Shown: positions 20,862 through 31,668, counted from the stretch's first letter. The stretch is 64,000 nt of DNA from Candidatus Borrarchaeum weybense (GCA_019057385.1 JAHQJS010000007.1:811685-875684); one strand, 5' to 3'. The notes: a model not told the origin generated them from the letters alone. A program made the numbers and translations.

Positions 20862-21839
20862 ATGAGCATCTTTGTATTAGTGGAACACAGGCAAGGCGAG
20901 ATTAGGGACATCACCTTCGAGATGTTAAGCAAGTGTAAAGAAATCTCCAAAGATATAAATGTTAAAACAACTGCTGTGCTTTTGGGAAATGACGTTGAAC
21001 AATTTTTAGACCCCCTTAAGGGTTATGCTGATACGATCGTATGCTGCCGTGATGAGAAACTTGAATATTTCAATTCAAGAACATATCAAATGGTATTATC
21101 TCATCTAATCAATGAGAACAAACCTCTTTTAACCCTGATTGGACACACATCATATGGTATTGACTTAGCCCCAGGTTTAGCTATTAAACTGCAAATACCA
21201 TTAGCTACTGATTGTGCAGATTTTTCCGTTGAAGATGATCAATTAAGGATAGTTCGTCAGATGTATGGTGGTAAAGTGAATGCTAGGGCTACTCTCAAAA
21301 AAGCTGAAAGCTATCTTATAACTATTCGTCCTGCATCCTTTGAAGCAAAAGAACCAGAAACAAAGGATAGCGAAGTTATCAATTTAGAATCGTCGTTAAA
21401 AGAAGAGCCAATTGATAAGCGATTTATCAAATATGTCGAACCAGAAGTAAGCGACGTAGACATAACTGCAAGCGACATCCTTGTTTCTATTGGACGCGGA
21501 ATCAAAGAGGATAAGAATATTCCGATAATCGAAGAACTTACTACTGCGCTGGGAGGCGTTATCTCTTGTTCTCGACCAATTGTTGATAAAGGTTGGCTCG
21601 ATAAAGGTCGTCAAGTTGGTACTTCAGGAAAGACAGTAAAACCTAAGTTGTATCTTGCACTTGGTATTAGTGGAGCATTTCAACACATTGCAGGTATGAA
21701 AGACTCCGATCTAGTTATCGCAATCAATAAAGACGCAAATGCCCCTATCTTCGGCGTTGCTGATTTTGGTATTGTAGATGATTTATTTAAAGTAGTTCCT
21801 GAATTATCACAAAAAATAAAGGAAATGAAAGGTGCATAG
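20862..21839 (+). CDS. etfA: Electron transfer flavoprotein alpha subunit
   Basis: GRG, SRPIVD, QVGTSGKTVKPKLY, GISGAFQH, AINKD. Confidence 0.92.
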   Translation: MSIFVLVEHRQGEIRDITFEMLSKCKEISKDINVKTTAVLLGNDVEQFLDPLKGYADTIVCCRDEKLEYFNSRTYQMVLSHLINENKPLLTLIGHTSYGIDLAPGLAIKLQIPLATDCADFSVEDDQLRIVRQMYGGKVNARATLKKAESYLITIRPASFEAKEPETKDSEVINLESSLKEEPIDKRFIKYVEPEVSDVDITASDILVSIGRGIKEDKNIPIIEELTTALGGVISCSRPIVDKGWLDKGRQVGTSGKTVKPKLYLALGISGAFQHIAGMKDSDLVIAINKDANAPIFGVADFGIVDDLFKVVPELSQKIKEMKGA

Positions 21840-21845
21840 TTCAGG

Positions 21846-23021
21846 ATGGTGATTTTTATGGACTTCAGACTAACAACTGATCAACTGGATATCAAAAAAG
21901 CGATCAGTGAATTTGCCGAGAAGGAATTTACTAAGGAAATTGCACTAGAATGCGATAAAAACGAACAATTCCCGCATGAATTACATAAAATGGCAGCTGA
22001 ACTGGGCTTTATAGGAATACATTTTCCCGAGCAGTACGGAGGAGGAGAATTCGGAACTTTTGAGAACTGTCTTTACGTGGAAGAGATCTGCCGAGTCGAT
22101 TCATGTCTTGGTGGTGCACTTTTACTCCCAGACTTTGCGAGTGAATTGATTATGGACCGAGGCACAGAAGAACAAAAGCAGAAATATCTCCCTAAAGTTG
22201 CTTCGGGAGAATTTATTTCAGCGGGTGCATTTACAGAACCTGAACACGGGAGCGACATTACTAAAATGGATACAACTGCTATAAAAAGTGGAAACGAATG
22301 GGAAATCAATGGTAATAAGACACTTATTTCTAACGCAACAATTGCTGATTTTTATATCGTTTTATGCCAAACTGACATGGAAGTTAGTCCATCATATCGT
22401 GGACAATCCCTTATCATTGTAGAGAAAGATGCTGATGGTTTAGATGTAACTAAATTCAAAGATAAATTAGGATGCCGATCGGCACCCACTGGAGATCTAT
22501 CGTTCGCTAATGTGATTGTCCCAGAATCTAATCTTGTTGGCGAGTTAAATAAAGGGTTCTATCATAGTCTAGAATTTTTCAACAAATCGAGAATAGAGAT
22601 CGCCGCACAAGGAGTTGGTACAGCTCAAGGTGCGTTTGAACGTGCCTTCAACTATGCAAAGGAACGGAAAGCCTTTGGTGAACCAATTATTACCGGATTT
22701 CAAGCAATCAGCCATAAGTTAGCTGACATGAGCATCAAAATTGAAGCTGCTCGCTTACTCACCTATAAAGCTGCGTGGTTAGCTGATCAAGGACAAATCG
22801 ATCCCGCTATTTCATCGATGGCTAAGGCATATGCTGGCAGAATAGCTGTTGAGGTAGCTGATGAGGCAATACAGATTCTTGGAGGCGCCGGTTATATCGC
22901 AGAAAACGAAGTAGAGAGGTTTTATAGAGATGCGAAACTCATAGAGATCTATGAAGGCACTAGAGAGATCCAAAAAAACACTATTGTCAGGTCACTAATC
23001 AAAAAGGGCGTTAAGAGTTAA
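21846..23021 (+). CDS. Acyl-CoA dehydrogenase, paralog 1
   Basis: FTEPEHGSD, NGNKTLISN, ERKAFG, ERFYRDAK, IYEGT. Confidence 0.92.
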   Translation: MVIFMDFRLTTDQLDIKKAISEFAEKEFTKEIALECDKNEQFPHELHKMAAELGFIGIHFPEQYGGGEFGTFENCLYVEEICRVDSCLGGALLLPDFASELIMDRGTEEQKQKYLPKVASGEFISAGAFTEPEHGSDITKMDTTAIKSGNEWEINGNKTLISNATIADFYIVLCQTDMEVSPSYRGQSLIIVEKDADGLDVTKFKDKLGCRSAPTGDLSFANVIVPESNLVGELNKGFYHSLEFFNKSRIEIAAQGVGTAQGAFERAFNYAKERKAFGEPIITGFQAISHKLADMSIKIEAARLLTYKAAWLADQGQIDPAISSMAKAYAGRIAVEVADEAIQILGGAGYIAENEVERFYRDAKLIEIYEGTREIQKNTIVRSLIKKGVKS

Positions 23022-23068
23022 AAGAGAGATTCTAAAGTACAAAGCCGAAAAAAGGAGGAGGAGGCTTT

Positions 23069-24238
23069 TTGCGTTTTACACCTACAACTGATCAATTAGA
23101 TATTCGCAAAGCAGTCAAGGAATTTGCTGAGAAGGAATTTACTAAGGAAATTGCACTAGAATGCGATAAAACTGAACTGTTTCCCTATAAACTTCATAAG
23201 ATGGCAGCTGAACTAGGCTTTATAGGGATACACTTTCCCGAGCAGTACGGAGGAGGAGGATTCGGAACTCTTGAGAACTGTCTATATGTAGAGGAGATTT
23301 GTCGAGTTGACTCGGGTCTTGGCATCGCACTTTCTCTATCAGATCTTGCTTCTGAGTTGATTATAAATCACGGATCCGAAGAACAAAAACAAAAATACCT
23401 TCCTAAAGTAGCGAGTGGAGATTTCATTTCTGCAGTCGCACTTACAGAGCCTGAGCATGGAAGTGACATCACTGAAATGGATACAACTGCTATTGCTGTA
23501 AAAAGTGGCGATGAATGGGAAATCAATGGCTGTAAGACACTCATTTCTAATGTATCAATTGCTGGTTTTTATATCGTGCTCTGCCAAACTATTAAAGAAG
23601 TTTCTCCAACTTATAGAGGGCAATCCCTTATTATTGTAGACGCAGATACAGAAGGTCTGGAATATTCGCTATTCAAAGACAAGTTAGGATGTAGAGCTTC
23701 TCCTACTGGAGAGCTTAGTTTTTGCAATGTACACGTTCCAGAGGAAAATCTTCTTGGAATACTTAACAAAGGATTTTACCATACATTGAATTTCTTCAAT
23801 CAAAGCAGGGTTGAAATTGCGGCACAAGGAGTTGGCATCGCTCAAGGTGCATTTGAACGTGCCTTTAATTACGCAAAGGAACGGAAAGCTTTTGGAAAAC
23901 CAATTATTACTGGATTTCAAGCAATTTCGCATAAACTTGCCGATATGAGCATCAAAATTGAGGCTGCTCGACTTTTAACGCACAAAGCAGCATGGCTAGT
24001 AGATCAAGGACAACCGGATCCAGCAATATCTTCTATGGCAAAAACTAACGCAGGTAGAGTAGCAGTTGAAGTGGCTGATGAAGCAATACAAGTACTTGGT
24101 GGAGCGGGATATCTTGCGGAAAATGAAGTCGAGCGTTTTTACAGGGACGCTAAAATTATTGAAATCTATGAAGGCACTAGAGAGATTCAGAAAAACACTA
24201 TAGTCAGATTTCTACTCAAAAGAGGAATTAAAAACTAA
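23069..24238 (+). CDS. Acyl-CoA dehydrogenase, paralog 2
   Basis: Same motifs, tandem duplicate. Confidence 0.92.
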   Translation: MRFTPTTDQLDIRKAVKEFAEKEFTKEIALECDKTELFPYKLHKMAAELGFIGIHFPEQYGGGGFGTLENCLYVEEICRVDSGLGIALSLSDLASELIINHGSEEQKQKYLPKVASGDFISAVALTEPEHGSDITEMDTTAIAVKSGDEWEINGCKTLISNVSIAGFYIVLCQTIKEVSPTYRGQSLIIVDADTEGLEYSLFKDKLGCRASPTGELSFCNVHVPEENLLGILNKGFYHTLNFFNQSRVEIAAQGVGIAQGAFERAFNYAKERKAFGKPIITGFQAISHKLADMSIKIEAARLLTHKAAWLVDQGQPDPAISSMAKTNAGRVAVEVADEAIQVLGGAGYLAENEVERFYRDAKIIEIYEGTREIQKNTIVRFLLKRGIKN

Positions 24239-24278
24239 TTTTATTGTGATTTTATAGCTTTCTCCCCATTTCGTGGGC

Positions 24279-24941
24279 TTATATGAAAATCTTTAACTGT
24301 TCTAACAATGACAACATTTTCTTTTGCATTATGGGATCATATTCATCAAACATATTGACCAATTCTACTTCTGACAAAATTCGCCCTCTCTCAATAACTT
24401 CTTCAAGCCATGTTTGGATAAATAAGGGATGCTGATGTGTATTAAACACATCTACAGAATGATCCTTAGTTACACGCAGCCAGCCTTTTGGAAGAGTTAA
24501 TAGGAGAGGATTTAATGAATATTCACTAGGACTGTCAACAAAATCTGCAAGTCGATGCCACTCTATTATAGTTGTTAATTGACGGATTTTATCTGTTGGA
24601 ATACAGAATGGATTGAACGCCTCAAATGTTGTGGGAGTGCTTTTCCAATTGAGTGTGTGTTCTAAAAGTCTCCCTTGTGTTACGGAAAGGGATTGTGGAG
24701 AAAGTTTAAACACAAAAGCTGCACGTGGAGGTCGTGAATATTCACTTGAATAAAGTGATTTTAATGCATAAGGTAGTTTGCTTGAATATTCAGCACAATA
24801 GTCCTGAGACGAAAGTCGTGCTTTAGATGCAGGAATTTCTTGATATGGTACACCATATTTTCTAAGACCAATTATAACTGCGTTGAGAGAGCTTGGATCT
24901 TCTTGTAATTGCCCAAAATAAAATCCCTTAAGTTGAGCCAT
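24279..24941 (-). CDS. Hypothetical 220-aa protein, tandem family member A
   Basis: Long ORF with SD (GGAGGTGA); homologous to 25118-25777 and 27795-28457. Confidence 0.75.
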   Translation of the reverse strand: MAQLKGFYFGQLQEDPSSLNAVIIGLRKYGVPYQEIPASKARLSSQDYCAEYSSKLPYALKSLYSSEYSRPPRAAFVFKLSPQSLSVTQGRLLEHTLNWKSTPTTFEAFNPFCIPTDKIRQLTTIIEWHRLADFVDSPSEYSLNPLLLTLPKGWLRVTKDHSVDVFNTHQHPLFIQTWLEEVIERGRILSEVELVNMFDEYDPIMQKKMLSLLEQLKIFI

Positions 24942-25117
24942 TGCTCACCTCCCCATAGTTGGTACATGGTTAAAACATAGTTGAAATAAAGATAATTTGA
25001 TAATTACCAAATAATGTAAGCTTTTCGTTTAAATAAGGACTAGATAGCTACCTTCAATTAAAGTAACTTCACCGTGAATATTTGTCTTTATACAGTACGT
25101 TTCCAAAGTTTTGGGTC

Positions 25118-25777
25118 TCATTTAAAAATTTTAAACTTCTCCAATAGCTTTATGAGATTCTTCTTCATATAAGGATCATATTCGTCCAACATATTAACTA
25201 ATTCTACTTCTGATAAAACTCGCTCTCTCTCAATTACTTCTTCAATCCACACTTGAAGGAAAAGCGGGTTTTGGTGAGTATTAAAAACATCGATCTGTTC
25301 TCTAGTTACGCGGAGCCAACCTTTTGGAAGAGTGAGTAAGATTGGATTTAATGAGTAATCACTTGGATGTTCAACATAATCTGCAAGTCGATGCCACTCT
25401 ATTAATGTGGTTAATTGACGGATTTTATCTGTTGGAATACAAAATGGATTGAACGCTTCAAATGTTGTGTTGGTGTGTTTCCAGTTTAGCGTGTATTCTA
25501 AGAGTATACCTTTAATTGTAGAAAGCGATTTTCTAGACATTTTAAATAGAAAACAAGCTCTCGGCGGTCGTGAATACTCACCCGAATAGAGTTCTGTCAA
25601 CGCCTCAGTTAGTGTGCTTGTATATTCAGCACAATAGTCCTGAGATGAAAGTCGTGCTTTAGATGCAGGAATTTCTTGATATGGTACACCATATTTTCTA
25701 AGAGATGCCATAACTGCGTTCACAGAGTTTGGGTCTTCTTCCAATTGACCAAAATGGAATTCTTCAAGTTGTGCTAT
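25118..25777 (-). CDS. Hypothetical 220-aa family member B (homology extends to an ATA codon at 25777)
   Basis: (I)AQLEEFHFGQLEEDP aligns with MAQLKGFYFGQLQEDP of paralog A. Confidence 0.7.
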   Translation of the reverse strand: MAQLEEFHFGQLEEDPNSVNAVMASLRKYGVPYQEIPASKARLSSQDYCAEYTSTLTEALTELYSGEYSRPPRACFLFKMSRKSLSTIKGILLEYTLNWKHTNTTFEAFNPFCIPTDKIRQLTTLIEWHRLADYVEHPSDYSLNPILLTLPKGWLRVTREQIDVFNTHQNPLFLQVWIEEVIERERVLSEVELVNMLDEYDPYMKKNLIKLLEKFKIFK

Positions 25778-25862
25778 CGGGATCCCCTCTCTGTCGGAAG
25801 AGACTTCCTGCTGATTATGTTAAAATTTTCAACTTCTCCAATAATATAGTACTTTCTTCTTC

Positions 25863-27486
25863 GTGAACTACCGCCCAACAAGTTGGGTGGCTTCTGCCTT
25901 CACGGATTTTTGAGCTGTCTCTACGAGAGAAAGCAAGAACCCGCTCATCGACAGTTCGGGGTGGTCCACAGCACCCCCCGTTCCTTCGCAGAGGAACACT
26001 TTGGGTTTCGCCTTACGATTTTTACGACCGTTCTGTTTTTTTAGCCCGGTAAGGCACATTAGAGCGTCTATCAGGATGTTGAACGCAGCATTTACGTCTC
26101 TATCGGCAGTAAATCCGCATTTCAGGCACCTGAACGCCCTGTCTTTAACTTCTACCTTCCTTGAACCACACCACGAACAGCGACGGGTGGTCCACCACTC
26201 ATTGGTCACCAAGGGTACTCCGTCATGCATCAGTACCGCTATCGCGATACGCTCGGCGCAGTCCTTGAAGGCCCAATGGTTGACGCGTTTTCGATTCCTG
26301 CGATGCCCTGAACCCTTTTAGTGACAATTACGCACTTTGTCGGGATAGCCTATGACCACCAACGAACCTGTAAGGTGCTTGGCAATATCAATCGCCAACT
26401 TTCTCCTGAAATCCTTGGCAAAATTTACCCGCTTACAGTAGAGTTTCTTCACTACCGCGTACTTCCCTAAGCGTTGTAATTTGGCGATCCTATTGTTTAG
26501 TTGACGCATATGGATGAAGAACTTTTTGTAGTCCTCTTTTTTAAACAGCATGACGTTGCCGTCGCCCGATAACTCGCACGTTACGGTCGTCGCCAGCCGC
26601 TTCAAACCCAGGTCGATGCCGGTCAGCGACTTCAACACCGGCATAACGTCCTTTTCTACAACGACATGGGCTTCGTAGCGTTTCAATCGGTGATTTTTAA
26701 CGATCTGAAAAGACTTAACACGCCATTCTTTGTCGTAGAGGTGCTTCGCGGCATACGGATACATATATAACGGTAGGTGTAATTTTTCGCCTTTTTTGAG
26801 GGTGGAAATTCGTGCCCAGAGAGGAAACTCCTTCGCAATGCGGGGAAGCGATATGTCGCCTACACGGTAGTCGAACATGACGGCTAGCTTCCCCCTGATA
26901 GTCGGTGGTGAGGGTTGCCTCTGCTTCCAGCGGTAGAGTTTGTGCTGGAGCTTTCGCAACCGTTTCCTGTCTTTAGCGGTGCTCTTCCTGGCAAGGCGTT
27001 TTTTACAGGTGGTGATGGACTTTTCCAGACGCGTAATCTCCCGCTGCCACTCACGATACAGTTCCCGATAGGATTTGAACATCCAGAGGGCTTTATCGCG
27101 GCAGGCTTGCACGAACCCTGATGACAACCCAGTCAGGGTCTGTATGTGCTGTCGGTATTGCTCCGCCTCTTTAACACCCGTTATGTTTTCAGCGATGATT
27201 TTCTCAAGAAACAGTTGTACACCATAGGTAAGCCAGGCGGTAAGTTTGTCGAGGAACTTTATTTTCGTTGTGGTGATCCTGTCATCAACGGGAAGCACTA
27301 GTGTCTTGCACATAGTTAATGGTTTGGCAAGTTGCAGTTCCAGTCCCATCCTCCACCACACCCTAAGAACTTATGGAACACGAGACTTAAAAAACTTTCG
27401 CCAACCAGCATATCGTGAAAAAAAGTACCACCATAGCTACGCAATTCATCCCACCAACTAGTTGGGGGGTCTTCTTGCGAAATTAT
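25863..27486 (-). mobile_element. IS200/IS605-family (tnpB only) element inserted 3' of TTAT without target duplication
   Basis: Right end ...GGGCGGTAGTTCAC at 25863, left end ATAATTTCGCAAGAAGACCCCCCAACTAGTTGG; flanks rejoin to a host reading frame. Confidence 0.88.
25868..27361 (-). pseudogene. tnpB: tnpB with in-frame TAA at 26318-26320
   Basis: ORFs 26318-27361 and 25868-26230 share a frame: GIDLG...VIGYP..RNCH*KGSG...NEWWTTRRCSWC...DRDVNAA. Confidence 0.85.
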
Positions 27487-27690
27487 ATAAAAGGATCATA
27501 TTTTTCAAATAAGTTGACCAATTCTACTTCTGATAATATTCGCCCCTTTTCAATCACTTCTTCAAGCCACGCTTCAAGGAAAAATGGATTATGGTGGGTA
27601 TTAAAAATATCAACAGTATGATCTTTAGTGACGCGAAAACATCCTTGTTTGAGTGTGAGAAATATTGGGTCTAATGAACTTTCATTTACG
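27487..27690 (-). pseudogene. 5'-truncated, IS-interrupted fourth member of the 220-aa family (tail continues at 25815-25862)
   Basis: SLDPIFLTLKQGCFRVTKDH...YDPF matches paralog C-termini. Confidence 0.75.
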
Positions 27691-27794
27691 CAGTGAGAGA
27701 GAGATTCAAAAGAATACAATAGTACGCTTCCTACTTAAGCGGGGCATCAAAAGCTAATTTCTCTGTGAATAACCTTTTTCAAAGTCTTTTGGCT

Positions 27795-28457
27795 TCATCC
27801 TATAATCTTTAAGTTTTCCAATAGCCTCAAAGCTTTCTTCCCCATAAAGGGATCATATTTATCGAGCATTGCGAGCAATTCCACTTCTGATAGAATTCGT
27901 CCTCTTTCGATCACTTCTTCAAGCCACGCTTCAAGGAAAAACGGATGCTGGTGGGCATTAAAAACATCAACGATATGATCTTTAGTGGCACGAAACCATC
28001 CTTTTGAAATAGTAAGTGATATGGGATCTAATGAATAATCACCTAACTCTTCACCATAATGCGCAAGTCGATACACGTCCCTTATTTTTGTCAATTCAAG
28101 CACTTTATCTACAGGAATACAAAATGGATCGAATGCTACGAATGTTGAGGGCGTTCTTTCCCAGTTTATGGTATGCTCTAGAAGCTTCCCTCGGATTAAA
28201 GAAAGTGGTTGCGGAGAAATTTTAAACACAAAAACTGCACGAAGAGGTCTTGAGTATTCACTGGAATAGATTTCACTTAGCGCTTCTGGCAACTTGTTGG
28301 TAAATCCAGCATAACAATCACGGGTTGAGAGTCGAGCTTTTGATTCATAAATCTCTCTAAAAGGCACTCTATATTTTCTTAGAGAAATAACAACTTGATT
28401 ATATGAACTTGGGTCTTCTTCCAGTTGACCAAAGTGAAAGCCTTCAATTTGTGCCAT
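27795..28457 (-). CDS. Hypothetical 220-aa family member C
   Basis: Full-length homolog of 24279-24941. Confidence 0.75.
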   Translation of the reverse strand: MAQIEGFHFGQLEEDPSSYNQVVISLRKYRVPFREIYESKARLSTRDCYAGFTNKLPEALSEIYSSEYSRPLRAVFVFKISPQPLSLIRGKLLEHTINWERTPSTFVAFDPFCIPVDKVLELTKIRDVYRLAHYGEELGDYSLDPISLTISKGWFRATKDHIVDVFNAHQHPFFLEAWLEEVIERGRILSEVELLAMLDKYDPFMGKKALRLLENLKIIG

Positions 28458-28595
28458 AGGAGGCCATCTCTAATTTTACATATAATATATTGCTCACTAT
28501 AATAAGATTATCTAACTCGAAGTAATCAAGATAACTATCACTTCGAAAGAGATCTAGAAAAAGAACTTAAGAAAATTTATTTATGCTATACAATC

Positions 28596-29081
28596 TTAAT
28601 TTAAGATAAATATTGCATAATTCAAGGCCATCGCAAGACTTACCCAAGCAATATAAGGAATAAGCAATAGTCCTGGCGTCAGAGAAATCCTGAAGAAACT
28701 TATAATTGTCAGCAATATAGTTATCCAAAGTATTATGATTATGATGAGCGCAGCAAAGAGCTCCTTAAGTCCGAAGAATACTGGTGTCCATAATCCATTG
28801 AGAAACAACTGAAGCGCAAAGAAGATAAGTCCTACTTTTATTTTTTGTTCATCCAAACCCCTGCGCCACACAAGGAATGCTGATATCCCCATTAACGTAT
28901 AGAGAATCGTCCAAACTGGCCCAAACAGCCAATTGGGTGGTGTGAAAAAAGGCTTATTCAGAGTTGTATACCAGGTTGGAATTGCATCCATCGTAAAAAT
29001 CGTACCAATAAGACCTGATGCCTGACAAATGAAAATGCTTATTATTAAATTGCGAACATCAACTAAAGTGATTTTTTCCAT
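28596..29081 (-). CDS. tspO: TspO/MBR tryptophan-rich sensory protein
   Basis: WY..L.KP.FTPPNWLFGPVWT.LY, PYIAWV; ATG at 29081 preferred. Confidence 0.9.
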   Translation of the reverse strand: MEKITLVDVRNLIISIFICQASGLIGTIFTMDAIPTWYTTLNKPFFTPPNWLFGPVWTILYTLMGISAFLVWRRGLDEQKIKVGLIFFALQLFLNGLWTPVFFGLKELFAALIIIIILWITILLTIISFFRISLTPGLLLIPYIAWVSLAMALNYAIFILN

Positions 29082-29248
29082 ATCAATCAACCCTAATGGC
29101 AAATATCCAATAGCAGACAAAAATCTTGGTTATCTTATAATCTTAAAATACTTCATTAATTAATTTGACGAATAGAGCAAATTTTAATTAAAGTGCTCCG
29201 GAGAGTGCCGTAAAAGCGGATATAGAAACATCAATGGAAGTCTAACAA

Positions 29249-29905
29249 TTGAATGTCTTTGTTTCTTGGAGCGGTGGTAAAGAAAGTAGCCTAGCCTTGT
29301 ATAAGGCGTTAAAAGAAGGTCTCAAGGTTGGATATCTATTCACTATGCTCAACGAAGACGGTTTACGATCTAGAGGACATGGCTTAAGAAAAGAAGTTAT
29401 TGAAGCACAAGCTAAGGCTATCCAAATTCCAATAATCTATGGAAAGGCTACCTGGGACTCGTATGAAGATGAATTTAAGAGGGTAATTAGGGATCTGAAG
29501 AACAGAGGAATCGAAGGTGGAGTATTTGGAGACCTAGACTTTCAAGAAAACAGAGACTGGGTTGAGAAGGTTTGTAGCGAAGTTGGGCTCCAAGTATATG
29601 AACCATTATGGAAGCAAAAATACGAAATAGTGCTTGCTGAGTTCATGGATAGGGGGTTTGAAGCTATAATTGTCAGCGCTAAATCCGATCTCATAGATTC
29701 CAACTGGATAGGACATCCCCTTAATTGGGATTTTATAGAGTTCCTCAGAAGGCGAAAAATCGATCTGTGTGGCGAAAATGGGGAATATCACACACTCGTA
29801 ACTAACGGTCCAATATTTAAGCGACATTTGAAGATACTTGAAAGCCGAGAATTGGAAAAAACTGATCGATGGCTTCTTGATATATTGAAAAGTGACATAA
29901 TTTAG
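29249..29905 (+). CDS. Diphthine-ammonia ligase-like ATP pyrophosphatase (Diphthami_syn_2), copy 1
   Basis: SWSGGKES PP-loop, VFGD, PLW, CGENGEYHT. Confidence 0.85.
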   Translation: MNVFVSWSGGKESSLALYKALKEGLKVGYLFTMLNEDGLRSRGHGLRKEVIEAQAKAIQIPIIYGKATWDSYEDEFKRVIRDLKNRGIEGGVFGDLDFQENRDWVEKVCSEVGLQVYEPLWKQKYEIVLAEFMDRGFEAIIVSAKSDLIDSNWIGHPLNWDFIEFLRRRKIDLCGENGEYHTLVTNGPIFKRHLKILESRELEKTDRWLLDILKSDII

Positions 29906-29906
29906 A

Positions 29907-31022
29907 TTATTTGACTGATTCTAATATTAATTCGGCGATATCCATGACCTTAATTTCATCTTCCTTATCCAATGTTTTAACGGCAGCATCGAGAGTAACA
30001 ACGCAAAACGGACATGAGGTCACTAACAGTTCTGCTCCTACGTCAATGGCATTCTCAACTCTCTTTTCGGCATTATTTGGTCCTGAAACATCGAACCACA
30101 TTCTACCACCGCCTCCCTCACAGCATAAACTCTGATTTTTGATTCTATCTAACTCAATAAATTCTATTCCTGGAATATTTTCAATTATTTGCCTTGGTTC
30201 ATCAAAAATTCCGTTATGTTTACCAAGAAAGCAAGGATCATGATATGTGGCTGTTTTTTCGATTCTTTTTGAAAAAGTTAGTTTTCCATTATTGATTAAC
30301 TCTGCAAGTAGTTGTGAATGATGTTGGACCTTCAAATCTAACTCATATTTGTTCTTAAACACATTATATCCATGTGGACAGGAAACCAGTATGCTCTTTA
30401 CGTCATATTTTTCAAATAACTCGGTATTATCCTCAATAAGTAGTTCGAATAATCCCTGTTCACCCAAACCGAGAATTTCATTACCACAACAATTCTCGTC
30501 TTTATCCAAAACTCCAAAATCAACTTCTGTTGTATTTAAACACATTATTAACGCCTTAGCGATGTCTTGTGCGCGTGTATCATAAGCTGTAGTACATCCA
30601 ATAAAATAGAGTATATCGGCGCCTTCTGAAATGTGTTTTAAATTGAAAGCAGTCGCCCATTCCATTCTGCTTGCTCTACTTTGATTCCATGGGTTGCCAT
30701 GCTTAAAAACACTTTCCAAGGCATCTTTAAGTGTTGCTGGGACTATACCTTCCTCAACCAAGGTGCTGCGTATATCGATTATCATATCAAGCGGACTTAA
30801 CTGCTTAGGACACCGAAGTTCACATGTCGAACATGTAGTACAACTCCATATTTGATCTTCAGGCGGTATTTTAAGTCTTTTAAAGACGGCAATTTCTCGT
30901 AGGATATTTCGCACGTTCAAATAAGATCTTGTGGCTACTGGGCATGAACCTGTGCATACCCCACACTGAATGCATTCGTTCAGCAGTAGTTTTTTATTGA
31001 ATTCTTGGGCGATATTTTCCAT
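29907..31022 (-). CDS. HdrD-like Fe-S oxidoreductase
   Basis: CIQCGVCTGSCP, CTTCSTCELRCP, CCG, YHDPCFLG. Confidence 0.88.
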   Translation of the reverse strand: MENIAQEFNKKLLLNECIQCGVCTGSCPVATRSYLNVRNILREIAVFKRLKIPPEDQIWSCTTCSTCELRCPKQLSPLDMIIDIRSTLVEEGIVPATLKDALESVFKHGNPWNQSRASRMEWATAFNLKHISEGADILYFIGCTTAYDTRAQDIAKALIMCLNTTEVDFGVLDKDENCCGNEILGLGEQGLFELLIEDNTELFEKYDVKSILVSCPHGYNVFKNKYELDLKVQHHSQLLAELINNGKLTFSKRIEKTATYHDPCFLGKHNGIFDEPRQIIENIPGIEFIELDRIKNQSLCCEGGGGRMWFDVSGPNNAEKRVENAIDVGAELLVTSCPFCVVTLDAAVKTLDKEDEIKVMDIAELILESVK

Positions 31023-31037
31023 GTACTCATCACTGTT

Positions 31038-31217
31038 CTACGACATTGTTATTACTTCAAGATACAATATAATGGTCTCTTTTATTCGTTCAATAAGCAT
31101 ACTCAACATTTTTGCTTGTGTATGACAGCCTGAGAGTTCCATAACACATGCAACATAATATTCGTCTTCATCTTTTTCAATTTTCAGTGCATATTGCTTC
31201 TGCTTAGAATACCACAT
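31038..31217 (-). pseudogene. HicB-family (UPF0150) antitoxin, probably degenerate; no HicA seen
   Basis: IEKDEDEYYVA...ELSGCHTQAK...ERIKETI.LYLE. Confidence 0.6.
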
Positions 31218-31356
31218 GGATATCTCCAAGTTATTCACAATAAAAAGATATGTTTTAGAGATCGATTGCTCTTTTGAAGATAACATAATTTAAATTCTTT
31301 TCTAATCGGCTCCTAAGCAGTGTGAATGCACCTTCATCTGCATTTTCGATATTATT

Positions 31357-31408
31357 GTGAACTACCTCATACTAAAGCTGTGGTGCTTTCTTGCTTAGCT
31401 ACTAGTAA
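31357..31408 (-). mobile_element. ~52 bp miniature IS200/IS605 derivative, copy 2
   Basis: Reverse complement matches 2464-2515 with 2 mismatches. Confidence 0.8.
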
Positions 31409-31500
31409 AAGAGTAGTATTTTTTGTGTTTGAGTACGAAAAAAGCATGTAACACAAGGTTTATTAAGAACAAACAGGCAATTCAACGTTTGGTGAAATTT

Positions 31501-31668
31501 ATGCCCTTAATTGAAATTTCAGGTTACGGGTTCTCTGCAGAACAAAAAAGAAATATTTCACGGGAAGTTGTTGACGTTATTTCCAAAATATCAGGCAAAG
31601 ATAAGAAGCTTTTCGTTGTTGTATTTAGAGATATTAAAAGTGAAGACTGGGCGATGGCAGGAGAATAG
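31501..31668 (+). CDS. 4-oxalocrotonate tautomerase family protein
   Basis: MP start (catalytic Pro1), EQKR, W..AG end; SD GGTGA upstream. Confidence 0.8.
   Translation: MPLIEISGYGFSAEQKRNISREVVDVISKISGKDKKLFVVVFRDIKSEDWAMAGE

Noticed and set aside
24279-28457. Diversity-generating retroelement (TR/VR) explanation for the paralog array
   Set aside because: No reverse transcriptase in the window, and differences are not adenine-specific; the copies are whole-gene duplicates.
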